A DNA stretch of 64,000 bases from Daphnia carinata. Lineage: Eukaryota. Positions 41,315 through 55,282 of this stretch are shown one piece after another. The position numbers were made by a program, and so were the translations under genes. Each line of letters opens with the position of its first letter. Position 1 is the stretch's first letter. The stretch covers positions 62,001 through 126,000 of the forward strand of contig NC_081331.1 in assembly GCF_022539665.2 (NCBI RefSeq), written 5' to 3'. The notes under the pieces are model-generated. The model worked only from the letters and a program-made list of their open reading frames with translations, made no database searches and was not told the origin of the DNA.

Positions 41315-44300
41315 GCTGGAAACGCGACACCAAAACTTTTGCAAGAAAACGATACGAAAAATAAACTCAGCCCCGTTTTTGTTGCTTTGTGTACAAAATT
41401 ATCATTATGTTGTCTGCTAACGGCATTGCCAGTTTGCCAGTGGCTCTAAAATGACAGCCACTATGAGCGGCCCTCTATCGCCTCCATCTCTAACTCTCCA
41501 TATCAAACTTCTCCGAACGGCGGGAAAATTTTGGTGCCGCTGTTATGTTTGCAAATGTTTGTTTTCCACCCCCATCCCCTTTTTCTCGCATCTAAAAACA
41601 AAGGAACATTAAACCGCAAACAGAAATAATAGCGGCACAAACATATTCCCGCCAATTCGGGAGGTCTCATAATTGTGGGTGCATATAATACATACTGGCG
41701 CGCAAACGCTCATTGTAAATTTGCAAGGTGAGGAGAAGACACCACGTGAAATTTTTCTCTGGTTTCGTTGAATGTAGAAATATCTCTTAGGCTGCTTTTC
41801 GCTTTGAAAACTGTTTAGCTTCGATTGTAAGTCAGAAGTTTAAAAATTTAATTAGAATAAGCACTGAGTAAAGAGCTCAAACAAAACGTAGCATGTGGGA
41901 TGTTGCAAAAAATTCTGGATAAGAGTCACGTTAGAGGAAAACATGGAAATTTAAACTTCTTTTGGGCTTTGCAACTTGAACAGTTTTGCCTTTCTATTTT
42001 TATACATTTCCTACAATTTGTAAGTGGGATGTATAATTTGTACCATTGAGTAAGTTTTTTAGCTCTAACAAGCAGATTTGGTATTTAAATAAACTAAACA
42101 TTTAATCCCTGTTAAACCTGAATGTAGGTACACAATGTGTTTCATGCTGAAGTACCTTATGTTCTTGAACAGAAGCAGTAGGATAAAACAGGATAGTAAG
42201 ATTCAGCAGTATGAAGTGAGTCCTCGAATCTTGGAAGATTTGCAATTGGTGGATTCTGCGAAAGAAATCTGAAACAATGTAAGGAAAAAACATTTGGTTT
42301 TTGTGAAGTGAGTCTGCCTTAAATTTCCCTTGCATTAATGGGTAAAAGTGGATAGGATCTATTGGGTTTATCCAGTACTGCATGAACTGTCTTCTTGAAG
42401 ATCCACTTGGGCCACTACATTGTATTATGTATGCTCCAAAAAATGTTTTAGTGGTTGTTGAATGTTGAGGCATATCTAGATACTAACCAGTATTTTGCTT
42501 TTTCAAGGATGCATTGGTTGATGGTTCTTCTAGTTCGAAAAAGCTTCCTGAAACCAACCAGAAGACCCACACAGACACAAATGTGGAGAAAATGTCAAGG
42601 AAATCCAGCCGTGAATCTTATAATATCCTGTTATCCAAAAAATGTGTCAGGATCGTCGGTAATAATTCTGATACGATATCTTTCATAAATAACAGCACTG
42701 TTAGCTATAACTGAGCCTATATAAAATACCATGCGTGACAGGGACTTAAGTGGGCCTAAACGTGGCCTGATTTGTACGCGTTTGGAACGAGAAAAAACTT
42801 TAGCTGTCGCTGAGCTCTTAACAAAGCTGACATCCAAAGTCACACTGCTTTTTCTTTTAACGCCACCAAATCCCTGGTCGTGTCCTTTTGGCTGATGCAG
42901 CATTAGCATTGAGAAAGGTAGTATTATTTCGTATCACCGTCAACCGAATTAGTAATTCATTCTGGAATACGTCCTAGGAAGGTGTAGATTCAAGATTCCT
43001 TTCACGGACAGTAAAAATGACTTGTTAACAGAGTGGCATCATCAATGCTGATGACGTTCTCGCCGCATTTCTTTCAGCCTATTGGAACCGAAGTCTCGTC
43101 TGAATTCTATGTACTGATAAGGTAAATACCCTTCCGTAGCAAATTTTTAAAATCATCAGATCGCGTAGACGCTGCAGTGCATGTTCGAAAGCGATAATTG
43201 TTTTTTGAGAATTTGACAAGATATAATGTAAATTTGTTTAATTTAGGGAATACTGTGGGTGTTAACATGAAATCTCTGAATTTCCAATTCAGTTGACCGA
43301 CAAATCGTTCCCAAATGGTTTGACCGCCTTGTGCAAAGGAAAGACGAGAGGAAGACGGATAGCCTCCTTGACCTCCGTATTTGCCGTGGTCTTACGGCTG
43401 TCATCAAGTGGTATATATCGGACCCAAATATTCGAGGTATATATTATGCTTGTGTTTATATTTAGACATCCCATAAATAAGTTCAGAAAATAGCAAAGTC
43501 CTTCAAGTGGTTGTTGCCACATGTAGCCGTTCTAATTTCATCCTCCAATTTCCCATTTTGTATAGACAATTTAGACCACTGGACAACAAGCCTTGCAACA
43601 GTCGGTTGAACAACGTCTATTACGCCTACAAGTCGTCCGGCAAAATGGGACAATTTTGTCAAAATTACCAGCGCTGTTTTCAGTATGCGTTACTGCAATG
43701 TAGACCTCAAAACCAGCCGACGAGCAAAATTCAAAACATTAATATTTCGTCGCAGATGCAAGGTGACCTAGTTTCTTATTCCAACTCTTTACGTCATTTG
43801 GGCGATACTTTTTATTACTAAAAATATGTTGATGTCTTTCGTTATCCCGGGGGAAATTTTAAAACTTGAGTAATGGACCCGAGACTGTCACGTACGCGGG
43901 AACTTAGCGGGACAGGCTGTAAGCAGACCGTTCCGCTCTATGCCTTGTCTCATTACGTGAAAGAGAGAGAGCTTATAGACTGATCACGGCATCGTTGGGA
44001 AATGAAATGGCATCCAAGCGCAGATGTTCTTGTTGAACCGACGTCTATAGGATAACGATTTTTGGGTGTGTATAAGACATAAATCTCGGCGTGACATTGA
44101 TTCGTTTCTGAGTTTCTCGGCAGAGCGGAAGCGGATTAGTGAGTATGAGTGAATATTCCCTGCTGAATTTCCGCTTCCGGCGGGAGGAAGTGATGAAAAT
44201 GAGCGATGAAACTTTATTTTCCGACTGCCTGACATGTCGAAGGACTTTTTCTCGATCGATACGCTTGAAATGAATGTTGAAATTGAAATGCATGCTAAAA

Positions 44301-45305
44301 ACCATTTATTTTTCACAGATATAGAATCCGACCACTCACCTTAAAATGAGACGTTGAGTGGAGCTCTTCTGGCGAACCCATAATTTCATCTGTTCGGTGC
44401 ACCCATTCACATAAGGTACGAAGTCTTTGGTTCGTTACATGTTTTTGTTTCTAAGCGCATCCAAACGGCACAGAGAATTGTTAGTGTGTTTTGTTATGGC
44501 AACAACATCCAGCGCCAGGACGTAGTCTGTGTACATCATATTGTTGTTGCGCTTCTTGCGTTTCATGCTGAGCCCGAATAACGGCAGACACAACCCAACA
44601 CCATGGCAAACCGAAACAAGCAGCCATCACTTGCAATTGATTACAAACAGTCAAAGCTCAGTTCCGTCTTCGGCCTCTCTTTTTCCTTCTTCGTTCTTTC
44701 TTTTTCTTTCGACTCCACGTTTTTATATACCGGGGGTAAAATGGTTTATATTTTACAAATAAACAACGCCAGCGACGACTAGGTTATACAAACAAGGCCT
44801 GCGACAAACGAATAACGATTTTTTATGTAATTCTATTTCTTTTCAGTGGCTGGACGAATTGCAGCCCCATCATTCCTGGTTGGCTCCGACATTCTTCCGA
44901 TCGATTGACCCAATAATATGCAAAATCTTCAGCGATGGTGGATGATGGAAAAGGGAACGAGAATAACAACAAAGAGAAGGTATTTTTCTTTTTACGTCAG
45001 ATAGGAGTAAGGGCATTACGACAAATGCATTTCCAATTCAATAAATAACAGCATATATGGAAGAGAACAAATTGAGAGGAAGAAAAACAATGTGGTTTTG
45101 ATGGATTAGCTGTTCTCTTCGACTCGGTAAATTTAATATATGAAATCAACAAATTTAACAATCAATTATCTAAGAATTGGCTTCACTTCATTGTTTTTGA
45201 TAATTCAATTCACGTAATACGATGACAGTGCTGGACTTTTTCAGTGAACGTTCTTGGCAATCAGTGGACGTTAATTCTATATTTAACCTTCGACTGTTTG
45301 ACACT

Positions 45306-45511
45306 TCAAGTCAAATTCATCGTCGAACTATTTGACGCTGCCAGTAGAGCGATGATGCTTGGTGTTGCCGCCGTTGTCGTCGTCGAATTCAAAATTGTCC
45401 CCAGCTGGCCTGTCTGTTGCGGCGAGAAAACATTGTTGGATGCCGTCCCGTTTATCATGTCCCCGTTACTTGAAACGGAAGTGAATGTCTGCAATTCATT
45501 TTCTTTCCGCA
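45306..45511 (-). CDS. Shared 3' (constant) exon: 68-aa Ser/Thr-rich putative ectodomain VRKENELQTF...MNLT*
   Basis: Strong polypyrimidine acceptor ccttttctcttttttctag| at 45512 with phase-1 entry (G|TG=Val). Four N-glycosylation sequons (NGT, NST, NSS, NLT). Confidence 0.75.
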
Positions 45512-48338
45512 CTAGAAAAAAGAGAAAAGGAAGTTGATGAAATAGGATGAAATAGTCACCACGATTGTAAGTGCAACTATATCATTTGAAATGTATAGAG
45601 TAATCGACTCGTGATACTTTAGGACCGTCCATTTGGAATTTTGCCCGCTGGTTAAAAAAGGAAATGGTCAGCAGACTATAACCAGAAGTCGATGACCGAT
45701 GGATACACGCCATGACCCGCCTTATACTCGCGAGTTATAGTTTCACATGGCAACTGTGAGGCATGTGATAATCCCATACAGCACGTTTCTACCGTCTGTA
45801 TAAACACAGAAACCTAGAGACGAGAAGTTCAAAACTGGTGGCCATCGACGGTGGAGGAAAGACCGCCAACGTCAGAGACGGAAGGAAGTTGATGGACTGA
45901 TTTATACAGCATTGCTTTCACTCATATCTAGTGGCTGAACCGCAGGACACTCGGCTGCATGCCAAGTGGACAAAAGAATTGAGTCGACGAACAACAAAGA
46001 GATGGCCGGCAAAAAGCTAAAATATGCAATACGTTTCTACTTTGTCATTGATGAAAGTAGCGACATTGTTTGCCTCATATTTTAAGCGTACCGTCCAGAA
46101 CAAACGGGCGGCAGCATCCGCAAATGCATCGTCCCAATCTAAACGTTTGGGTGACGCACTGTCCCATCACACGCAGTCCAGCACCGTGTCGCTTGAGAAC
46201 AAACAGCTGCTCTATTCTGGGAACGGCCAACCATGTAGGTCACACTGGATAGCTGCTGGTCCAACTCGGTTGAGTACGTCCGGCCTGATCTACTGAATGC
46301 ATACGCAGTGAAATGGTCTGCATGGCACATGTCATTCGTCAGATACAATCGGAACATTTTGATTCAGTGTAGAATGAGCCAAACATGCAACGTGATGCAG
46401 TTTACACGTAACTGAAGTGGATGGAACAACCAGTGAATTGCTCGTTCATCATCTTTTGGCCATCGATCGCATGACACGAAATCGCAGAGGCAGCCACTTG
46501 GCCGTTGAAAGATATTTCGTATGGCACAAATACCGTCATTCTAAAAATGGCTTCGTCACACAGCATTCGTCAAACGCCAGTTGATCGGTGAATGGAGCGT
46601 GAGAAGTGATCAAATTTCGCTGTCGTTTTGCATTTCCTGCTTGCCAATGTGTGCCCATTTCCCCATTTATGGACGGTTGAATTTAGAATAGTCGTCTGCT
46701 ATACGGGCGGTGAAACCCAATCTGCTTAGCAACTCTGCGAACACTGCCGACGTCTTTCTTATATTTAGATCGTCGTCGCGTGTCGTCTGTTGTAGCAAAG
46801 TTTAAAACGGGAGCAAAAACACACGAATACCAACTATTTCATCTTGGTGTCATACTGCCATTTTGCCAAGAATGTTGGCCGTTTCACAGCGTGACTGCCG
46901 AATCGTCCGTACCACATTAAAGTCAATGAGCTAGTCGGTCGTGAAGTCACATGATCGAAGGAAGAAAAAAAAATGGCTGTCTGCCTCCTTTTCCAGCAAT
47001 CAATAAGAGAGGATGAAAAAGGACGGCAGATTGGGCATCATTTTTCTTTCTTGCGCGTCAATAATGGACAGACACTAGACGCGTTCATCGGCGAATTTTC
47101 CAATCACGACTTGATGTATTCGTATTGAATGTGAGGCCCGTGTAACCTCACGGCGTTTCTGCAATCACGACAAAAGATGGGCAGCTATTTGGTTTCCGTC
47201 AAGTACAATCAATGACTCAACGTCAAATATTTTGTTGGCGCAAAGTCCTCAAAACGAAGACTCGGGAGAAAAGTTGGTAGACGGCCAGACAAATAAATGA
47301 CGGTCACTGAGTGCATCGAACCATCCGAACGAGTTAAGCTGGCCGTATACTGGATTTCTCGCTAAATGATGGTGCACATCGTAAATACGCAACCGCTCGT
47401 TTTTGCACAAGTTGGATTCGTTTAACACAAGAAGTTGAAGGAATCAAACAAGTTTTTGATCAATGAGATTGGATCATGGAAGAAGCCAGAGATGGTATTA
47501 TGAAATTGAATTGATTCAAGACGATCAATAACTTCAAGTTCTCGAGGAACGTCTCCATTTTTTCTTCACTTTATGGAAATGAGCTGCTGAACGCATTAGA
47601 TAATGTCTTCCTCCTGTACACACGAGCCGGGCACATGAAGGATTGCTAATCATGTCAAGTGCGCCAAAAGAAAGCCAAAGGATTTAGCCTGTAAAAAAGC
47701 TGTGTACATCCGACATGTAAGTGGTAATGGCGGTTAGGAGACATGAAGTAATAGCAGCATTTTGTATAAATGATGTATATATATAGAACTCTAGGTTTTT
47801 ATTTTTAGTTTGCCTAAACGAAAGAGAGAAGAAAGTATTTTCGGTGAGCTATAGACGTGCGTTTGCGCTCTGCCGGCCAGCGAGTGGACGCTCAAGACTT
47901 TGTAGAAGAAATAAACAATTTATTGTTTCGTTTCTATACAAGAGCCTCTTTCGTCTTCTCCTCCTTGCAGTCTGGCGTTTTCGTTGAGAAGCGCATTTGT
48001 GTATAATTTAAAGGCTGCCCCCATGTTGTGAAGGACAGTGACGTCACGATGTCTTTTGGGGGTGCGAAATGGCAATTTCACTTTCGAAACATGCTAGTGG
48101 GTGGCTTTCTCTATTAGCAGTTTGTAGCTTTTACATTAACTTGGGTAGACGATAAAAAACGGCCCACTGTTTATACAAAAAAAAAAAAGTCCCTTTGAGG
48201 ACACGATCAATACCAAATGTTTTAATCTTGTGAAGTCAACTTAAGAACGCTATTTCGTAACAGGCAAGTTGGCGCAAGATTTGGTCTGGCGCTGCACCTG
48301 CTGCTGAACAGATAAGACTTAAGAAAAAGATGAATTAC

Positions 48339-49193
48339 CGGCTTCATCAATGGCCGACGCGTTGAAGAGAGTTATAAGGACAAAGAGGGCGCTGGCCGTC
48401 AACAAGATGAACGTCGTGCAGACGACGGCCATGACCACTTTCTTGCGACGGCGTTCTTTAGGCGTCAATACTTGCTCTTGCTGTTGATACTCTTCGCTGT
48501 GGCCGTCTTTCAGCGCCGCTGGACTGCCATCGGCATTGTTTCCGGCTGCCAATAAGCTGTTGCTCGGGTACGAATGTCTTCGGTGATAAGACGCCAACGC
48601 GGAAGAATGAGTGGCCGGATGACGGCCATTGTTGTTTCCGGCGGAGAAAAGAGGACCACTGGAGGATCGTTCCACACAACGGCCGGAGCGTCACTGAACG
48701 CCACCCGTTTCTTGCGCAAATCGCTTTCGTGACGGATGATGGACAGACGCAAACAAGGTTCCAAACAACTTGTGCTCGAACCCAATCGGATGGCTCCGCC
48801 GTCCACACATTGCTGCATGCCGGAGGACGAATGCTGTTTACAACGAGCGGCCAACTGACCGGCTGGACCTTCCGACTGTCGTCGACTGACGCGATTACGA
48901 TTCTTCATGCCTTTGCTACGCGTTCCGACATCGCTTCCGTGTCGTTTGATGCTGCGCGGTCCACTGGCCACGGCGGCCCCGTTTGTTTTCGATCGAAGCG
49001 GATGGCTCTTGTGATCAACGGTGCCACCGGGTGGAGAAGAAATGGCCACGTTGATGCTGGTGCCACTACCGTTCGTCCTCTGTTCGCCATCCGGCTCCAG
49101 GTAATGGACATTGTAACGGCCCCATTGGTTGCAATCGGAAACGAAGTCGCTCATCTCGTTGCTAGTCCCAGACTCTTGCTGTCCGTTTGTCAT
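48339..49193 (-). CDS. Variable exon C of single-pass membrane protein; frameshift near 48675
   Basis: MTNGQQ...KKRVAFSDAPAV then a frame change into ERSSSG...KERRRKKVVMAVVCTTFILLTASALFVLITLFNASAIDEA G|GTAATT (phase 1). Confidence 0.65.
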
Positions 49194-52100
49194 TTAGAGT
49201 TTTGCACTATCACTTCTCTTGTTTAGATTTTACTTCATGAAACTCATTTGATCACCACTACCATCTGAATATTGCCAGCTATGAAAGAGAATCAGCAGGT
49301 AAAAGCCCTAAAGTCAATCTCCTACGATGAGCGATCAAGTCATCCGTCACAACAGCTCTGCAATTCGACACGCGGAGTTGGAGTGAGTGCCAAGCGGACT
49401 GGCAAATGCGACCAGTGGGACGACAGGACGCGTAGAATCACGCAAGCTGCCACCATTAAGCGCGTCTGATGGTGAGCGTCGCTCGGATAGGCCAACAAAT
49501 CACGATCGTTACGTGGAACGAATAAGAAACTGACCCGGCTGCTCCAGTTCTGCATTAAAGTCAAGAGGCAACGAGCCAACGTGAACCACTTGACTGACTT
49601 GATAAGGAACCGATCCGTCGAGTTGGACGATCTCGGCAACGCATTGGCAGCGTCGGAGGGCGTCGCTTCAACGAAAACAACACCTGCGTCAGTCGCCTCT
49701 TGACCACGACTCTCCAATCTCACGGTCCACGAATCTTGTGGCGAATTTGCACTACCGCCGCTATCGGAAAAAGTTGTTATGACGTCTCGCTTGCAAACCA
49801 ATAAAGCAGTTCCGCGTGCGGATTGAACGGATGGTAACAACAAATGCCTTGGTCTATTGGCCCGTTGGTGGTGGACTTTGCTCGTTGGCGGAGTCAAGCG
49901 GATCAAATAGAGGCTGGACATCAATGCAAAAATAAACTTCCAATGTTTTAAAGAAAATCCAATTCACGAAACCAAGGGCGGAAAGAGACGAAGCGAGTCC
50001 CCACCAGGAGGCGAATCTGCGTGCGTACTCATGGAAAGCCGCCGCTCAACTGAAAAGCTCCTATATTCCCCCTCTTTCTTACATTCACCAGTGCCAGTCT
50101 GTAAAAGAAAAGAGAGGCGGGGGTCCCGAACGACGCGGATGGGATGGTATCGTGTGTGCTTCACAGTATAAAATAAAGGAGAGGGTCTTGTTAGCCTCCC
50201 CACTTTCTCTCTATCCGTATCCCATCTATTCTTTCTTCGTATCCATCTATTCGGATGGCTATACAGAGTTTCATTCTTTACCGCTAGTGGCTTGACTGAG
50301 CGTGCAGACAACAACATGGGGATTTTTTTTTGTTTTTTCGTCCTCCTCTTCTTTTGCTTCGTTGTCTTAGCGATGATGGGGCGGTTGCGGGAACACACGT
50401 ACGCAGCTTCTATTCTTATAATATCAGCTGGCCGTGCCGAGTGCCCCTTGCGATTCGTGATTTCAGACAAATAAAGACACAACAAAAAAGGAAGGAATGT
50501 TGTTGGTCTCCTTATTTCCTTGTATTTCCATTTCTTTGCCGCTTTTGTTTCATCGCTGATGCACCAGCTGCTAGCTCACGACGGGAAAAAACTGGAACGT
50601 GTGGAATGAAGAGCCGCTTAGACTTGCCACTATTTTCATTCCGGCACGCTGAATCCCAACGAGTCTTGCGAAACTATGTTGTCTATACGTCACTGCAGTG
50701 CCCTATTTTTATGCTCAAATCATCAAGGTGTGATGCTGTAATAACCGAAGGCTAACTTGTTTTATCCTCTAATATTGAAGCAGACCTGTTTTGCAAGTCG
50801 CAATGGTTCTGTTCTTTGTTCTACATATTTTGTTGCTAATGGTCGTCAAGTGTTGCTCTTATTGTAACTCAAACTTAATGGACTTTGCAACACATGAAAC
50901 AATGTAAATAGAAGTTGGAAAGGCCAAGGGACAAGCAGCTATCATCACTTTAGCCTTTGGGGTCGATCATTTGTCACGAGCAGCAGCTGAAGATGGCCTC
51001 CTCTTTTGAAAGGTAATTTCAAAGGGCGAGAGACGTGAGAGATGAACGAAAGCTTTCGCCATTGGTTGCCGCTGTCAACTGAAAATGGCTGCTGCCACCT
51101 TCGAATTCAGCGTCTCCAATCAAATCGATCGCTCCCACTAGTAAAGGGAAAAAGATTTCGCTCGATTTCTTTTGTCTGTTCCCCAGTGAATTCGCAATCC
51201 CTTTCGGTTTGACTCACGAAAATGGCACACCCGTTCGATACCCGCCGACAAGGCCTCCCGACAGCAATCGTTTATTAGATCACGTCGGCAAGAGTCACGA
51301 GCGAGGCTGACTTGTTACTGTCACGTATAGATGTGTGCTCTTTAACTATGGGATAATGTCGGCCAATAGCGAGTTACCTCGATTGCATTAGGTTTAAACG
51401 CTGCACCTCTCGCTTCGAGTTTTGTCACGAGTGTGTAATTTAAATTTAGATGGACCCCACGTGATGCGGGCCTAGTTTGCCATCCTTCCAAATGAACGCG
51501 ATGTTGAACACGTCGCCAACAAACAACAACACATTCGTTCCCCTTTTATTTAAGGTCACCAACAACAGCCAACAAAGTCATTGAAATTTAGCAACGTTCG
51601 AATACATTGGACGTAGGTTTGCATGGCCATCAGCGGTATATCTAACGTATACTATCACGTTGAATAACGCTATTCATGTTTTCTTTGAACATTTCAATGC
51701 GAGTTATACAGCGCAAAAACGGGAATGCGAGAAAAAGCTGACGTCGTTGCTATGGTTACCAGGAACCCTCATAAATTGTATGCGCTAGCGTATCTCTCTG
51801 ACGTTCGTATCGACCTCTTTCGCAGTTTCTTTTCTCCTCTTTTACGGCGGGATCAGAGAAGATAGTCTTCGTTCCTCTCGAGTTTTGTCTTTGTGACGGT
51901 CGTGATGTTGTGCCGCAGTCCCGGTGAACTTCTACTTGCCCCATAGACTGGTATTCGTTTTGTTTTTGCTCTCTTTGTCCTAGCCTCGTCTCTGATAGAC
52001 GTGTATATATACATAAACGAGAGTAGATGGCTGGAGATGTACGTTGAGGCGTTCGGCAACGTGAATCCACTCCAGCGTGCATTGTTCCTTTATCGACGTC

Positions 52101-54069
52101 ATCGAAAAATCCTTTCGTCAATACCTCCTCGTTCTTTTCGATCCTTTGTCGATGAAATGACGAACAAAGAACTGACGTAGACTCCTGGCCTCGACATCGA
52201 AATTGTAAATCAATTATTATTTGATTGAATGAAGGCAACTGGCGTTGACCGCGACTCGGCCCACCTGCTGCATTTCTTAATCGATATCGGGCAATTAGAA
52301 CATTGGGGCGTGTATACGTTCAAGGTTGTGCGGGCAGTGCCACTAGCGTGAAACAGGCCAATAACGAAAGGTCAATGCGTTTTTATCATTTTTGAAAAAT
52401 GTCTACTCAAAATATTGGATGAATGAAACAAAATGGCCGGTGATGGTCGCCGAACTTTGACCATCACCTCTGGCATCGTGACAAATTCTGCATGGAATTA
52501 TTAGGATGCCAGACGATTAGCAAGTCAAAACAGTGCCACTCTAGCGTGCCTTTCACGCACGGCCGTCACGTGTACCTCGAAATCAACTCTTGAGACTGTG
52601 ACAAAAAATCAGACTTGTCATCGCCCTCTATTTACTGAGAAAATCAAAAACGATTGGTCTAGCGACGTGAACATGTTTTGGCTTGTAGAGAAAGCTCTGT
52701 AATGAAAATGAACGTTCCGCTTGGTTTCCCAAAAGTGATTAGCCAAAGTTGAGTTGACATGAAAAGTGGTTCAAGTCATGGCAACCGCTGCACGAGTCTA
52801 CTTTCGTCCCACTTCCTATATAGCGCCAACTAACTTACAAATAACGTTGGTAAAGAACTCATAGATGTCGGGAAAAAGTTTGTTGAACCGTTCATTACTG
52901 CACTCATTTATTTCGAAAGGGGAAATCTAATGAAACGAGTTTCTGGAAGAAAAAGGACGCCCTTCCCTCGGACTTGCAGGTGCCTATGGTGGTTACGTAA
53001 TCGAAGGAAAAAGGGAGTAGGTAATGAGTACACAGAGGATGGGAGTTGTACAAGGAAACAATGGAAGGGGACATCATTTGTACCACGAATTGGCGTTTCC
53101 ACCCAATGCCTCGGGTTGCATTCAAAAACAAATGCCGTTCATAAACAGGAACTTGTAAAAGTGTGTGCCAACAACGGCAGACCAGATTGATTAGTCCTAC
53201 AGTGTACACGGTCCAGTGCAAAACGGGTATGATTTCTACCTTCGCAGGGAGACGGCATGCCAATAATGACGTCGTTTAATGTTAGTTTTGTGCTCAATTA
53301 GATTCGTGTTGTTCAATAGTGGCGAGGTCGTTTAACGGAGGCCGTCATTCATCAGCCAGTTGAGTGCAACTTGAACTATATAGGAAACGTTATTATTAGA
53401 GACGCTGCCATTTAATGAACTCCCCTAGGTGTTTCCAGACGTCGACCCTGAATTTTGTGTATCGATCGTCACGTCTAGAGACACGCCCTTCAATCAAGGT
53501 AACGTTTCTATTTCTTGTGAAAACTTGAATGTCAAGCAAACACGGATGCATTTGTTTGACATTGTATTCCCCTGCAAGTAGAATCTCTATAGCATTCGAT
53601 TATCTTTTCTATCATCGAATTTTGAACGCGTTTGTGCACTGGACTGGAATTTGACTTGGTTATTCTACATGAACAAGAAATCGCATTGGTCTAACGTTCC
53701 ATATTTACATTCGATTTGAAAGCAATCATTCAAGATGTGATTCAATTTCGAGATGGAATTCTATTTAACGGTTAAAAAAGCGTTCAATAGACAAATGCTA
53801 GGCAACTGTAGTCAACCGTCACTCGACAGTTGCCACGACAAGAGGAATTTCAATTTCAAACGTTTTTCAGTTTAGAGAAGGTTCATCCACGAAGGTTTTA
53901 ACCAGGAGACGTTCATCAAACAGCCTAGCCTCATTTCCATGGCAATGGAACGGTCCAAGACATTCCCTAATCGATTACATGTAATCTGTACAAGTTTGAA
54001 TGTGTCAGAATGTGATGGCGACAGGTAAATTCGTGCGAGTTGAATGTGATGGTTTATTACATTTCTTAC

Positions 54070-55282
54070 CGAGGTCGTCAATGAGTGGAGCTAATCGCAA
54101 CGTAATGCCGACCATGAAGAGACAGGTGAAAAGGAGGAAGACGGACGTGAGGATGACGATGCCGCGGGCACGCCGACGTGGATTATTGCTTTCATCCGAA
54201 GACGAGAATGAAGTTTTATTGGCCACCCCAACTGTTACAACAGCCACGGCGGCAATGGCCGATGCGGCCGCTTTGACTGGTGCAGTTTTCGACCCATCGG
54301 CCGTTGCACGCGATCGACGGACTTTCTTTTTCTTCTTGTTGGCTGTGTTTATTGGTTGGTTGCTGACCACGTTAGTTTTAACGGCCTGTCGCAGTCCAGC
54401 ATCGGCCAGCATTGGCTCGGGTGACAAGACGACGAGCTCCGCATTGGGACTTTTGCGGGCCACCACCAAACGCGTGCCGATTGTGGCTAGAGGTGGCAGC
54501 ACGACGCAATCCTCGTCCAGCCCGTTGGCACCTTCTGCTGGCCGTTTGGTGTATCGCACTTGCTCGTCCAGCAGTTCCCCATCTTTCCGTTGCTGCGTTT
54601 CGTCTTCGTCTTCATCAACTTTATCGTAATGTCTGTCCAGTCGGCCCTGATGGCTGCCAACTGGCGATGGTCTCGGAGTAACCGATTGACGATGCATGGA
54701 ACAAGAGGACGAGGACAGATCGAGAAAGGACGGTGTCATGTCATCGCTTTTTGCCACCGAGTCGTGGCGAGTGCGGACTCCACCCGAACCGCCCAGGAGA
54801 TGAGTGGCGGCCAATACCTGCGGCACGTCATGATGACTGGCGTCGCACGAACGCCAACTGCGTTGCTCTCGGGTATCGGCTAACAGCCGCCGACGATTGT
54901 ACGGTCCGCTATTGGGCCCGGCGGATGACGTCCCGGCCACGGATTCTGAATGCGTCGTGGACTGGCGGAGTAAGCGAGGACGTGTTGATCCGGCCGTTGT
55001 TTGTCGATGCTTTTGATATTGGTAGTCGTATTGATTGTCTGAGAAGCGTTTGACGATCGACGTTGGGTTGGCTGATTTGCGTTTGCTCACTGCCGTGCCG
55101 GAAAACTGGTGAAGCGTCTCGTCCGACTGATAATATTGATTCAATTTGTGGTAGGAGAGTTGGCGGATGAGTTCGGCACCCGATGCTCTTGTGGCTATGC
55201 ATGTGGCGGATGCTCCGCTTGCCCCGTAGCTCAACCTCGGCTCGCCCACCAGTTCCTTCTTCCGCTCTGTTTCATTCGTCAT
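54070..55282 (-). CDS. Variable exon B of single-pass membrane protein
   Basis: 404 codons from MTNETERK to RRRARGIVILTSVFLLFTCLFMVGITLRLAPLIDDL G|GTAAGA (phase 1). Confidence 0.8.

Noticed and set aside
43289..43522. EVKEAIRLPLVFP resembling an AAA-ATPase segment
   Set aside because: No Walker A/B motifs nearby, so probably a chance match.
49340..53263. ORFs of 119-194 aa between variable exons B and C as further cassette exons
   Set aside because: They lack the basic-TM-IDD ending and the phase-1 donor. They are probably UTR or intron.
54000..54629. 209-aa plus-strand ORF, and similar antisense ORFs over hkb, fs(1)h and exon A
   Set aside because: These are shadow ORFs antisense to GC-rich coding exons.
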